Of a DNA stretch of 64,000 bases, positions 26,101 through 38,900 are shown in pieces. The stretch comes from Aplysia californica (Eukaryota), in contig NW_004797816.1 in NCBI RefSeq assembly GCF_000002075.1, positions 239,647-303,646 of the forward strand, read 5' to 3'. The notes under the pieces are model-generated. The model was not told the origin of the DNA and searched no databases. It saw only the letters and a list, made by a program, of their open reading frames with translations. How positions within the stretch are numbered: the first letter of the stretch is position 1; each line of letters begins with the position of its first letter. A program made the translations under genes and the position numbers.

Positions 26101-29100
26101 CCAAAAACAAAAAAGGCAGTTTTTACCTGCTTGTTGATACAGTGAAACTTAGATACAACAAACTTGAATACCACAAAAACTCAGATTCAACAAAAGGAGA
26201 CAGATTCCCTGGGAAGGGGGGGGGGGGGGTGTGGGTTTTTTTTTAATTCATTAAAGTCAACAAAATAACTCAGGATTCAATAAGCACTTCAATGAGTAAA
26301 CTCCGATTCAATGAAATCTCTCCTGGCAAAGAGCTCCCACTAATGAGGCTTTGTGCATTTTTCTCCTGCAGCTTACTATTTACATTGTACTTAGTTGGAG
26401 AATAGGCATCAGTGTAGGTGGCACAATGCCATGCTGCTCATTCCTCCTCTCCAGGATCCATGAAAGGGTCTGCTTGCTGATCGTGCCAGCTATCAGCTGG
26501 TTGGATATTCTTCTAGCTTTTCCATGCAGGTTTGCTGTCTCTCCCCGACCCTCTAGAGACATGAGCTTCCCTTGGTTTTTCCATTGTGTGTGATGTCGTG
26601 CCTTCATCCTCTCTTTGGTCGTTGAATAATGCTGTCAATGCTGCCACGACTGTTGGTGGATCTAATTGCATGGTGCCGCCAATCTCAGCTTAACTACTCT
26701 ATTCCAAGTCCAAGGGACCATAGATCGCACATACACTGTGGATCATTTCATGTCTTACCCTAATCTGTTGCATACATCTTATGCTACCGATCACAAGCCT
26801 TCTTTCACACCAACACAATATGTGCTTTGCTGACAAGCCCTCAAGAAATTACATGTATGGCGGCTTGTGCCAGAATCGGGAGAGGTCGGATGGAAATTGA
26901 GCAGACTTGTGGCTGTAGTGATACTGCGTGTGTCTAGGAGAAGGGCCTAGGAACAACTAGTGTTTTAGCTGTGGAATGTCAGCAGAGACTCAGACACTTC
27001 ACAATCATACCTCCCCTCCCTGGCTACTGCACTATGATAGGCTAGCTTAGACATAGAATATATGTATAATGCAACTACATGTATGTAATGAATTGCGTGC
27101 TAGTCTGAGGATCAAACAGTGCCGTATGCTAGACCCTATACTGCAATGCAGCTTGATGGTCAAATTGCTATGAACCCTCAGATTCAGCTAAATTGAAGGT
27201 CAGGCCCAACAACTTTATTAATGTATTTGAGTTTCATTGTACTTGTTCTAAGGTTTTAAGACTAAGAATCTACACATATGTCTTTTGCCCATTACATCAA
27301 GTTTTATCAATTCTCTGGCCAACTACCCCCCCCCCCCCCCCCAAAAAAAAATCCTTATTTTTAATCCCGTATACAGAATAAGAATGAAGTTGGCATTCAC
27401 ATACACTCTCCTTCAATTATTTTATCCAGCACCTAAATAATCTGCGGTTCATAGAACCAGTTTTGTTTGAAAAATCAACAAATTTTGGACCATTTTAATC
27501 CTAGAAATTAGAAAATGAAAATAAATAAATGCATGCATCGCAATAAATACAGAAAAAAAGTGCTCACTCTTTTTTCAACATTCAAAGGTCCTGGAGAAAT
27601 ACATGTACAAAACTAGGCAACCTATTACATCTAAAATTTAGCGTTGCCCCTTTCCATTTCCACCCCTTCACTTTTCAGTTCTGGAGGTAGTTGCTATGCT
27701 ACATACACAAAAACCAGTTCCTTCGAGTTTTGAGGCATATACACATGTATACATGTAGGCTACATAATATCTGCGGTCTCCTGCCCTGAGGTTGAGTGGA
27801 GGAACACTGAGAGTGGAATGTGTCAAAAGATTTGCTCACGGCTGTGGTTTCTTTTTGTTTTAGTAAACCTTTTATTGTACAGCACTTGCAACACAATTAG
27901 GCTATACAAGTTCCAAAGATAAGAGGTATTACAAGAGAGTAACTGTAACAAACACAAAAAAGGAGGAGACAGATATTTGATCATAAAGGAGCACACCACA
28001 CCAGAGCACCCACCAACCACCTGCTGTGGTTTCTTTACATGGCACAGCAGTTACAACGTCAAGTTACAAGGATGGGTGGTTGGCAGATGCTCTTGTGTAA
28101 TTAACTTCTTTCCTGTTCTATCAGACATCTATTCTATCGTCCTTATCTTTCCTCCTTTTGTCTGTTTTTTACACGCTAGTACATTTGTAACACCTCTACT
28201 CTGTGGCACTTATACTTAAAATGAATGACCTGGCCTCTCTTGGGTAGCGGATGAGGCAGTCCAGCCTCCCTGAATCTTCCCCAGAGAGATGTCACCGCCG
28301 GACCTCCGTAACGGGGCATCTCTGCAACCACAGTGTTCCAAATCTTGGGGCTTCTCGCTGCACAATGGACAGATCTGATAGTTTGTCTGTTCTGTTTGTA
28401 CTATTTGTAATAATAGTAGTAGGCCCGAAGCCCAGAGAAGTGACCAGTTCTTAATTTTGCTAGTAGTAGTAGTAGTAGTAGTAGTGACCTGATTGTGTTG
28501 CAAGTCATGTACAACGGTTACTAATTTACGGTACCAAAATACAATGTCAAACGGAAAAGCACAAGACCAGGTTTATATGGACCTTCTTGAGTGCTGACCT
28601 GGACCACCACATATAAAGACTTTTTAATTTTGACATCCAGCGCTGAATCCTCTCAATAGCAGATTTGAGAAACAGCACACGAGACTTCCCAAAGGAAGGA
28701 CAACGACCACGTGCTCGAGGTCAAGGCCTGGGTATTGGAGGAAGTTGGCTGTGGCCTAGCCTGGAGAGGGATGGGCGCCGCCAGGCTTCACCAGCCCAAG
28801 ACTCGCTGCATGATAGGATACCATACCGGATCGGTTGTTCTTTTGCAAAATGGACAGGGAAATCCTTCATCCAAACTCGGGTGCTCACTTTTTAAAAAAT
28901 AATTTTTTTTTAAAGTGAAAAGTGGAGGCACCTGACAAGGCTCTCTGTTATTACATGTACGGCGCCCCTACGATCCTTGTGGATTATGGGATCAGGGACT
29001 GGAAAGCCAAAAAATTACCTACCTTGTAGTCCCAAACCCTTGAATAAAGGCAAATTTGGAATCCAAGGAATAGCTTGCCCTGCAAAAACATGCAACCCAA

Positions 29101-29120
29101 GCTGAAGCATCTTATTCTTA

Positions 29121-29670
29121 AGCCCCGGTTACACACAACGATAAATTGTATCAGATTCGTCGTATGCGAGAACTGTCCGTTTTATCGAACTGTGTTGTCT
29201 GTTTACCCGTTCCAGTCTATTGTCCAGTTTTCTTTCGACCGAGGAGATTCCACGTCGTAAGTCCACCATGTTTCTTTGTGACGACATCGATTTGCCTGCA
29301 CTCTGTGTGAAGGTTTCGAGCCCGGGACCTAATGAATGACTGAAGAACGAACACTGTATCTCTAGATTCCGAATATGAAATCAGTTTTCAGATGCGATGA
29401 TTTTATTTTTTTAATTTTGCGACCCAAGTTTAAGTTTAATCCTGCGCGGCGGCAAGTTTCAAAGTGACTCTATGTCACAGCACGTCTCCTCCTAATCTGA
29501 ACGTGATCGCGCAAAAAATATCAAGCAGCGCTTGATTTCTCGACCGAGTCTCCAAGCCACGGTCCAAATTTTGTACAATTTTTGGTCACACCTAAAGATT
29601 TATCGTATGATTGCTAGATCGCCCAGTTTTTGTACAGTTTATCATTAGGCCCCTGCGTGTAACTGGGCCA
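29121..29670. mobile_element. PIF/Harbinger-like non-autonomous element
   Basis: GCCCCGGTTACAC ... GTGTAACTGGGCC imperfect TIRs in a TTA/TAA context. Confidence 0.5.
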
Positions 29671-29969
29671 TTAGTCACAGTGGACAATTTTTCTGCAACA
29701 ACAAACGTTCATCTCCTCTAAACGTTGGTGTCCAGCATCTGTGGTATAACATAACGTCTAGGCGCTTCGTTGTCGCACGTAAGGAGATCCGAGTTTGTTT
29801 CCGGAGTGGAGCATTTTTTAGCGAGTATCTCGGTCTTTCTGCTGGGATGTTGTATCTCTCTTAGTCTTAGCCCGAGTTGGCCCTGACAGACAGGGTCGGA
29901 AGCCCGCCTCCTACATGATCTAAGTTGTGTCAATGGGGATGTAAAATACGCTGGTTATTATGAGGTCTA

Positions 29970-31120
29970 CAGACTTAAACATAAGTTAAAGGACCACCTT
30001 GACAGTCAGCCCTAATATTGTTTTTTTAATCTGAAAAAAAGACAGCAAGAAATATTTTAAAATTGTTTGCTCTGAAAATATTAATGGGTTAACAATGCGT
30101 ACTGCAACGCTTCCTAAAGGGGCAAAATGACCACGTGCAGTACGGGAATCCTCGGGGAATTTTAGCCAAATGTGCTGCTTTTATCGACTTGTGTGCAACA
30201 CAAAGGACATTCCTCGGCTGGTGCACGTGATAAAATGAAGTATGGTCTTGAACTGTGTTCACTTTGGTGGCAATAAGCCGCCGTTTGCGCAAAATTCAGT
30301 ATCGCATCAACATGCCACCAAGACGAAAGCTGAGAGACTTTGATCGTGCGAGGGCTATGGCATGGCTGCATGATGGAGTTGGACCCAGAGAAGTTGCCAG
30401 AAGGCTTGCAGTTGCGGTGTCACATTCTGTCATTGTCCTCCTGAAGCAGCGCCATCAAGCCACTGAATCAGCCCAAGACCGCCCACGTGCAGGTCGACCC
30501 AAGAAGACCACTCAGAGAGAGGACCAATATGTCCGCATGCAGGCCCTGCGAAAGCCAACAGCATCAGGCATCGTCTGCGTGCTGCTACCAACACGGCGGT
30601 GAGCTCCCAGGCCAGTCGACATCCTCTAGAAGCTGCCAACATCCGTGCCAGGCGTCCAATCAAGAAACCATTGTCATTGAGAATGGACGTGTGCGTGGGT
30701 GGCGACGTCCACATCAGGCAAGCAGGGATCACAAGAATGCCATGACCAGCAAACAGTCCCGACTTCAACCCCATTGAGAATGTGTGGGGTAAACTTGGCC
30801 GGAGAGTCTAGCAGTAGCGGCCGCCACAAGCTAACCGACAAGAGCTGCAACAGATCCTGCAGCAGAAGTGGGCAAACCTTCCCCAGGCCTTCATTGCCAC
30901 CACCATCAACACCATGTGGCGACGCTGCCTTGATTGCAGCTCTTGTCGGTTAGCTGATGGTGGCCGGTACTGTTGGACTTTCCGGCCAAGTTCACCCCAC
31001 ATATTCTCAATGGGGTTGAAGTCGGGACTGTTTGCTGGCCATGGCATTCTTGTGATCCCTGCTTGCCTGATGTGGACGTCGCCACCCACGCACACGTCCA
31101 TCTTTTGGGCTGACCATGAA
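29970..31120 (+). mobile_element. Tc1-family transposon deletion derivative with internal inverted duplication
   Basis: TA|CAG.. left end; HTH region MPPRRKL..EVARRL..DRPRAGRPKKTT; motifs DGRVR.WRR and WPANSPDFNPIEN.W. Confidence 0.88.
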
Positions 31121-31213
31121 TCATTAAAATTAAAAGGTATAAAAACCAAGAAGCCATTATTGTGCGAGACCAATAAGAACTGCTTTCTTTCACTGAACTT
31201 TCAGGTGCCTGTA

Positions 31214-32006
31214 CAGTGGAACTCGGATTCAACGAAGTCGCCAGGCCTGACCTAAAATCTCGTTGAATCCAAGTGTTCGTTATATAGCAAACATGAGGTT
31301 TTGTGTAGATAATTACAGGCACTGAGCAAGTAATGTATAAAGAGAAGTCACAAATAGTGCCTGAAATGCCGGCAAAAAAAAAAGACAGATTCGTTCAAAT
31401 GCATTCCTGTGTCATCTCGATTGTTTACCACAAAGTTGTGTTGCTGTGTAGATCCTAGCATAACGGCAACTTTTGATTTCATAGACAAGCGCACAATTCA
31501 TTACGAAGATCTATGTCAAGACTAGTTTATCATTATAATAATGATCAGTTGCCGAGGAGAAAAAAAGACTTGACGCGTTTGTATCTGCGACGTTCAACGC
31601 CCGGATCGCTAGTGCGCCCCCTCCCTCCCCGACACACACACACAGTCACATGTGTGCAGGCCGCCCATCCGACTCCGACACACGCCAGAGTAGACACGTG
31701 CGCGAGCCAACAACGTATGTGTTGGTATGAAAAAAAAGGCCGCTGATTGGTCGCATGCAATCGGCTAAGTGAATAATGGTTCACGATGCAGTTGCAATGG
31801 ATGGTTTCTGGGAATAGATGAAGTTCGTTCTGGGAGAAAAATGAGCGAAGCCACGTCTGCGGGGGCAGTTCACCCTGGAAGCGACCTCGCTGATTTAAGT
31901 GCTCGTTGAATCCGGGTTATTTTTATTTATTTTAAAGAAGAAAAAAAAACCCAGGGAATCTATCTCATCTCGTTGAATCCGAGCTCGTTAAATCCGAGTT
32001 CCACTG
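31214..32006. mobile_element. pogo/Tigger-like MITE
   Basis: TA|CAGTGGAACTCGGATT ... AATCCGAGTTCCACTG|TA. Confidence 0.9.
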
Positions 32007-32842
32007 TACCTATGTATGCATTGCCAACACACTGGTGTAGTATCAGATCGTGGACATTTTCTTTTTCTGACAAGTGTGCACTGTGGGGATTGTAAAAGAA
32101 AGGTGTGCTGTTCAAAAATGGATACATTATTCATTATAAAACTAGACAGTGAAAGTGACATGCAAGTCCGTTGTGCCGAAAAAAAACCCACTGGTTTTGT
32201 GTGTATCTGTAAAGCAGGCTATACTATTTGAGTGTGACGTGAGGGTTGCTGACAAAATTACTTGTCAAAATTCGTGAAAAGAGATATCGTGTAGTGTTCG
32301 TGTGTATTTTTTCCCCTCCTGCCCCAGAACATCTATGAATAGAGGGGGAGAGATTTTTCTAACTGGTCTTCTGGTGTCAGGGCCCAACAGTTTATTGATT
32401 TTTGGAGGACTGATTAGTCCAGGAACTGAACATAGCAAGAGCTGAACCAAGATAGGCATGCATACTGGTTGTTGAAGACCTAGCGAAATTGAATGACGGA
32501 CTGGGTGGTTTGCTCACGATCTCTGAGTCGGTCTGAAAAATATTTATCGCCCTTATCTATCTCTCCTCCATTTCTTTGTATGCTACTCTCTTTACTCTCT
32601 AGTAAAACCTCTAATCTTCATCACTTGTACGACCTATTTGTGTTGAAAGTGCCATAAAACTTAAATTTTTAAAAACCGAAAACAAACAAAACCAAGGCAT
32701 GCCAGACTTGACAGATTCAAGGGAGTGAGTTTCACTGTACCATAGACAAGAAATTTTTTTTTTTTAAAGCAATAAAATAACATATAAATCTACACATTCA
32801 TTCAGATTCATACAAGACTTGACCAAAATACTGTACAAAATG

Positions 32843-32848
32843 TTTATT
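32843..32848 (-). terminator. Probable polyadenylation signal of GNL3L
   Basis: AATAAA on the - strand shortly after the stop codon, followed by T/GT-rich sequence. Confidence 0.55.
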
Positions 32849-32893
32849 TTCAATTTTCAACATGTCTGATCTTCATAAAAATGTTGAAGTCCA

Positions 32894-32949
32894 TCACAGT
32901 GCAGACAATGCAGACGTCATCGCATCTGACAATTTTCCAGCTAATGCAT
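32894..32949 (-). CDS. GNL3L: GNL3L last exon
   Basis: ttcacag|[18 protein letters not shown]; resembles the family C-terminus; AATAAA about 45 nt downstream. Confidence 0.82.
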
Positions 32950-35900
32950 CTGTGAAAGAAGAAAAGCAGAGTAGAGTTGACAACCATTCTCAAAGGTTCT
33001 CAATATTTTTGCAAACTGTTGTAACATTGAATATGAAAAAGTGCTGAATTTGTGACCTTAAGAGAGGGAGAAATATCTTTGAAATTTTATTTAACTTCCC
33101 ACACACAAATTCAAATTCACCTTTTAACTCACCCAGGACGCGTGCCGTGGCTGCGGGACAAGTATATTGACGCTACCAGCGAAAAACAACGGGTAAATCA
33201 CGCAACATATGCGAGAAGTGGCCTCAGAATAACGCAGTCACCACTCTTACACCATTAGCTGCAATCTAAGTTTTGATAGGAAGCGAACCAAACTTTTGGT
33301 AAATAAAAAAACTACGACCACCCCAGAACAACGAAAATAGCAATTCCTCTTCAGTGAAACTGAACATGAATGCACATCGAAAACGAAAGTGTAAGCGTAA
33401 GAACAGACGAAACGACTTCGAAATTTTTGATGACGCAGACTCTGATATATCAGATACTGAATATGACTCTGATGGGGATCCACAATTTGTGGTAAAACAA
33501 CGAAATAAGGATAGATTGACTAGATCTAGTGATAGTGAGTCAACTGACGACAGTTATGTTTCAGACCATGACCAACCAGATCCATCCAAAAGGAAGATCT
33601 GCTACTAAAAGTAAAGACAAATGTACTGAAATTGAAGAAGTTTTAGATCTACAAGATGTTACAATAGCAAGTGTTGCAGCTGGGGATGGTTGTGATGATG
33701 ACACGGCTGTATTTCATTTATTTTTTGCATGTATATAATGTCTCCAAAATTTATGCGCAAGATAAAATTTTATCAAAATCTACATGGGTGTATTTAAAAA
33801 ACTAATAAAGATAATGACTTCACTTTTATTTTTGTTGGAAACCTTGTCATTTCAGTAAAAACATATCCAAAGGAGAAAGTGATAGCTTTATTAGTTTTTG
33901 AGATACAGCTTATCAAAATATGCCCCGAAATGCCCGTCTTGAGAGGTTGTGCTCCGAAATTTCCGTCAGTCTCCAGTGAGTTAAAATACAAGTAGTAGAC
34001 CTGCATGTGAGCCTCAACCAGATTGTCTGAAAATTTTGTGCAACCCCCCCCCCCCCTAACTTTAGAGCTTTTAAATTGTGGGTGTCATAAAAGGAAGGAT
34101 TTCCGAGTAACGAGCGACCACCCGAACAAACACAATAAAGAAAAGACCTAACCCTAACCAAAACCCTATCGGCCTACCCCTAGGCCTAACCCAAAAAAGA
34201 ACCTGCAACTGCTCTCATGTAAAAAGGCCAGCACAAGTCAAAAAAAAAAAAAAAGGAAAGAAATAAGCACACTCCAAAACAAACAAGGAGCATTTATAAT
34301 TTATAATAAAAATAATATGGCCTATATTGTTTGATTTACAATAGAATTGGATAAAGATCTATGAATCCTCAATATAGATCTCAGTGATCTAAATAAATCT
34401 AGATCTAGATCTAGTAGAACAAGTGAATAGGAATAGATCTAGAATCTAGGCCTTGAACGAGAAATCCGCATCCGCATCCGATTCCGAAGAGAGGGACTCA
34501 GCTGAGTCTAGGGGGCTAGATGATCTAGATCTAGATTAGATCTTTATTTTAAGTAAATAATTCACGCACCTGATAAAATGCGTTTTACCAACATTAATAT
34601 TACAGCACAACCTATAATATGGTTTGACCCAATAGAATTGGAATATGAATCCTCCATTGAGGTCTATAATGATCTATATATAAATCTCGATCTAGAGTAG
34701 AACAAGCGAGTCGGACTTGAAAGAAGCCACATGATCTGAACAATCAGTAAACAAACGAAATTCAAAATGGCCGCTCGAGCAAGAAACTGAAAGAAGATAC
34801 TTTAAGTCGTCGTACTTTTTCGTATTCGTATTTCTACTCAGGTTCCGACAATTATGTTGGAAACGCCGACGTCGGCAGCCGGCGGTGTGCGCGTCGGCAG
34901 CCGACACGAAAACGAAAGTGCCGACAAAGCCGACGGGAGAAAAAGGGGTCGCTGGCACACGGCCAGGCCTCGCACTTCGAACATTGACTAATACAGGTGG
35001 GCCTAGCGATAGCATCGGCTGGTTCGCGGGTCAGGGTCGCGATTGTCCGATTTCAGACGATTGTCGGCAAACATGCAGGTCTAAAGTAGAGGTAAACAAA
35101 TTTTTGATGGGGGGGGGGGGGGGGGCGGCGGCGCCGCCAACAAAGGTGGACAATCTAAATCATATATATCCTCCGATCTTTAGTAGGATAAGAGGAACCA
35201 AAACAAAATCATCACACTATGACATTCTCTAGAAAATAAACAATACAAGCACAATGCAGGCAGTCACCAAAATATCCGCCACTTCAAATTCTGCACTCTT
35301 ACCAGCTTTCTTTTTCTTCTTTTTTGTTTTTCTGTCCAAAATTTTCTTGTCTTTCTTGGTGATGAGGCCTCCGACAGTTTTGAGAGAGTTCCTCTCTTTC
35401 AAGTTTCTGTGTCGGAAGTCAATCTGGGCAGTTGGGGCTTTCTTTTCAAGTCCTGGCTTCTTCCTGGCACTAGGGACCACACTCACACCTTTCAGCTGAA
35501 AGCAGAAGGGTTTTAAACTTTCAGATTTTCATCTCAAACAGTGAATCAAATGTCAAAGATTCTGTCAGATAAAAAACTGAGAATTGAAGTGAGTACTATG
35601 ATGCAAACCATCCCATTCGACTAGGGCTACGGGTCAAATTTGGTATTAAAACTTAAAAAATGAAAGGTACGTCCTACATTCATAGGTAGAAAAGCTTTTA
35701 AAACATGGGAAGTGAGTGCTTTGTTTTGTTTTTAGTAAATTTTATGGCACTCGCAACTGCATAAGGTCATATGAGCGCGCGGGACACGTTAAACATTTTC
35801 AGTTGATAGGAAATTTTTTATTTTGTGCGGGTAGCAGCCGAAGTCTACTCTTATAGATCTTTTACCACCACAGGGTCTTTAACGAGCCGAACTTACACAT

Positions 35901-38900
35901 GGGATGCGCAGAAAATGGTGAGGAAAGCAGAGACAGAACGTTGTTAGAGAGCAGTGAAGGAGGTTAAAGGAGAACACTTTAAAGAAGAAAATTTTCCGTC
36001 CCTGTCAGGTATCAAACCCAGGACCTATTGAATGAGAGGCGAACACCATAACCTCTAGACCCGGAGAGCCCCCTGGTAGTGAGTGCATCTAGCTTTTTCA
36101 TTTCATTTGTACTTAAGAAATACTGATCTCGTTTGGAAGCATCCTGAGATATCTTTTATGTCATGGATATATACTTAAGCTGCTGGTATCAAAATGTGAG
36201 TCAGCTAAGTACAAAAATTATTTTAAAAATAAAACTAGAGTTAGAAAAGAGGGTGGGAAAAAGAGTATTTGAAGGAATGACACAATGAAAGAAGCAACTA
36301 TCAGTGAAGACAAGTTTCTCAAAATCTGACAACCCCCCCCCCCCCCCTATGTCACAAAGTCAGAGACTGACAGGATCCATCCCCCCCCCCCCCCCCCCCA
36401 AACTCTGTTAGCAATACCTCATCAGCATCTATTGAGTCATCCTCCATTACTTCATCATCAGCATTTTCTTCATCATCTTCATCAGAGCCATCTCCCATGT
36501 CATCCTCATCAACAACATCATCCTCCTTGTCGAGATCCTTCTCTTGGAGCACAGCTGTTAGAGGAGACATGCCCGGGACTAGCATGTGTTGGGCCCCAGC
36601 TGCGGGCAGGTCTGGAAAAATAAAAGAAAAAAGAAAAGAATGTAAGCAGACAAAAACCACAGAAGCGTCACCCTTATCATTTTGCTCTCACTGCCCATTT
36701 GTTACCACTTCTTTACTCACGAGTACATTTTACTTGATTACTATACTTTTGCAGCAATCTGTACTGTTTGGGAAGGGAGTGTAAAACCACATGCAAACGA
36801 TTGACCTGTGGGGTCAGAGATTTACACCAAAAAAATTATCACAGCTCTGAACAATTTTAACCAAAATCACCATCTCCTTACCAAACTCATTGCAATTCTG
36901 CATACAGTATAATCCGCTTATAAATATCAACATGCTCCACGAAGTAATGTCGATATATAAAATATAAAGCCAAAGAGGAAAAAACAAGGGAAAGTCAGCG
37001 GTAAATAGACAACACTACTTTTTAAGCTGGTTGCTTCCCTTGATTCTTACATTACATAGTGAAACTAACAAGAGGCAGAGGGGTGGGGCAGGAGTTGGAG
37101 TTACAGCACCAAAGACCGAGCAATGCGAGGCGCACACGACACACCAGCGCAAACTTTGTGGTAGCATCCTTGTAAGGCCTGTTTATGACCGCTTGCTGGG
37201 GAAAATGGAAAGGCAAGGCACTGACTTGCTGACCAGGGCACTTGCCAGCGACAGACTGAGAATGGAATGGGGAAGGGAAGTGAGCGATTGGTAGTGGGGA
37301 TAGGGAGGCGATGCCCAGCACGCGAGACGCTCAAGTCTGTGAGGCACTGTACTGTGTCGGAGACTACACCACCATGTAGGCCTACATGATCTACTAAAGC
37401 CTGACGTTATCAGAGATGCCAACCACAGAAAACCGAAATGAGTATTGGGAAATATGAAAATGTGTATTTTCAGGGGAAAATGTGTATTCCCCACGACCGA
37501 TCAACTAGTAATAGTAAAACTTACTAGCTCACCAGCTCGAAAAAGGGAGCACACACGAGAACAATATATATGTATGCAGTCAACAACATGCCAGTGTTCA
37601 ATGTCGTACAGGGGTCTTGTTTGACTTAAGTATTTCAATCTATTATATATTTTCCTCTAATTATTACATAAAAAATAAATCCTGCTTTGAGAGTTCGGAA
37701 GGGTCTAGAACAAGAATTTCGACTATCAAGAACCAGTCTGGGTGTCATGATTCATTTATGAACTGAAAGACTCAAATTATTGCTCAAACTCAGAGAACAG
37801 CAATAACTTGAAAGGCTCAAGTAGACCTGTGCACTGTGAGAGTTGTAACAACTGTGGGAGGACCAGATGCAGTGACACCGAAAACCTGCCAGTCTTGAAC
37901 AGAAAGCTACAACATACACCGTAGGTATAATTTACTATCACCCATCCAAGTAGATGTAGGTATAATTTACTATCACCCATCCAAGTAGGTATAATTACTT
38001 CCACCCATCAAATGAAACGCGAACACTTTATTTCAATAACACAGACTTGCAAAGTATGAGGGGGTCCCGATTCCGCACACGGCCTGCACCAACGCACGCT
38101 TAGCAGAAAGCTCTAAAAGCTCTAATCAAAGTTCTGAAATGCGCTTCCAAGTTTTTGTCCTCTGGTGTTGCCTTAAACCCCCCCTATCTTAAACCCAAAA
38201 AAAATCAATAATCTCCTCCCCTATTCTGTAGTCATATATTTCGCAGCGTCCGTTACTCCCACCAAAGACGGTCTTTACTCACACGATGCCGCATTTTTTT
38301 AATGATGCGAATGCGAGCAGGTTCAGTGACCGGTCACGATGGCGAGCCAGACAATCTAAAAATTTGACGACGCTTGTATTTTCTTCTTTTTTTTTCCCCC
38401 TTTCTACAAGCGACAGCCAAAGCGACGAGTCCGAGTGTTTATTACATTTTATTTGCACGGCGACATTGCGTTTATACTACACAACCTGCATGCCACGCGT
38501 TATCAGACAACTGCTGGCAAACTTCTTGGTGGTAGCGAAAGCAGATCTTGATTTTCCCGATCGAGCCTCGGTGTCACGTGTCACATACGCTTCCGCCTGC
38601 CGCCATAGCTGCCTATACGCGTGAAAGTGAAACGTACTCCCCGGACGGGATAAGCTGAACGAATATAATATCACAATGGCGACCGGCAAAAATGAACCTA
38701 CTGACCTTATCGGACTTGGTTTTCAAATATTCCAGTTCTGCGATACTGATACTATTTTTAAAGATGGGACTTGAGATAATTAGGTTTACTCGCCCAAGCT
38801 GAATCTTGTATTTTTCGCATTCCAGGATGCGTGGATGCGTATTTTTTCATGAAAAGTCGTATTCGCGTATTTTCGGCAAAAAATCGTACTAAAATACGTA

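Noticed and set aside
26340-27190. GC-richer block, possibly a DIRS/RNase H relic or exon, with an imperfect hairpin at 27099-27188
   Set aside because: Only vague motif resemblance and no consistent frame or splice structure
28620-28900. GC-rich short ORFs between the genes
   Set aside because: No recognisable domain or convincing splice sites
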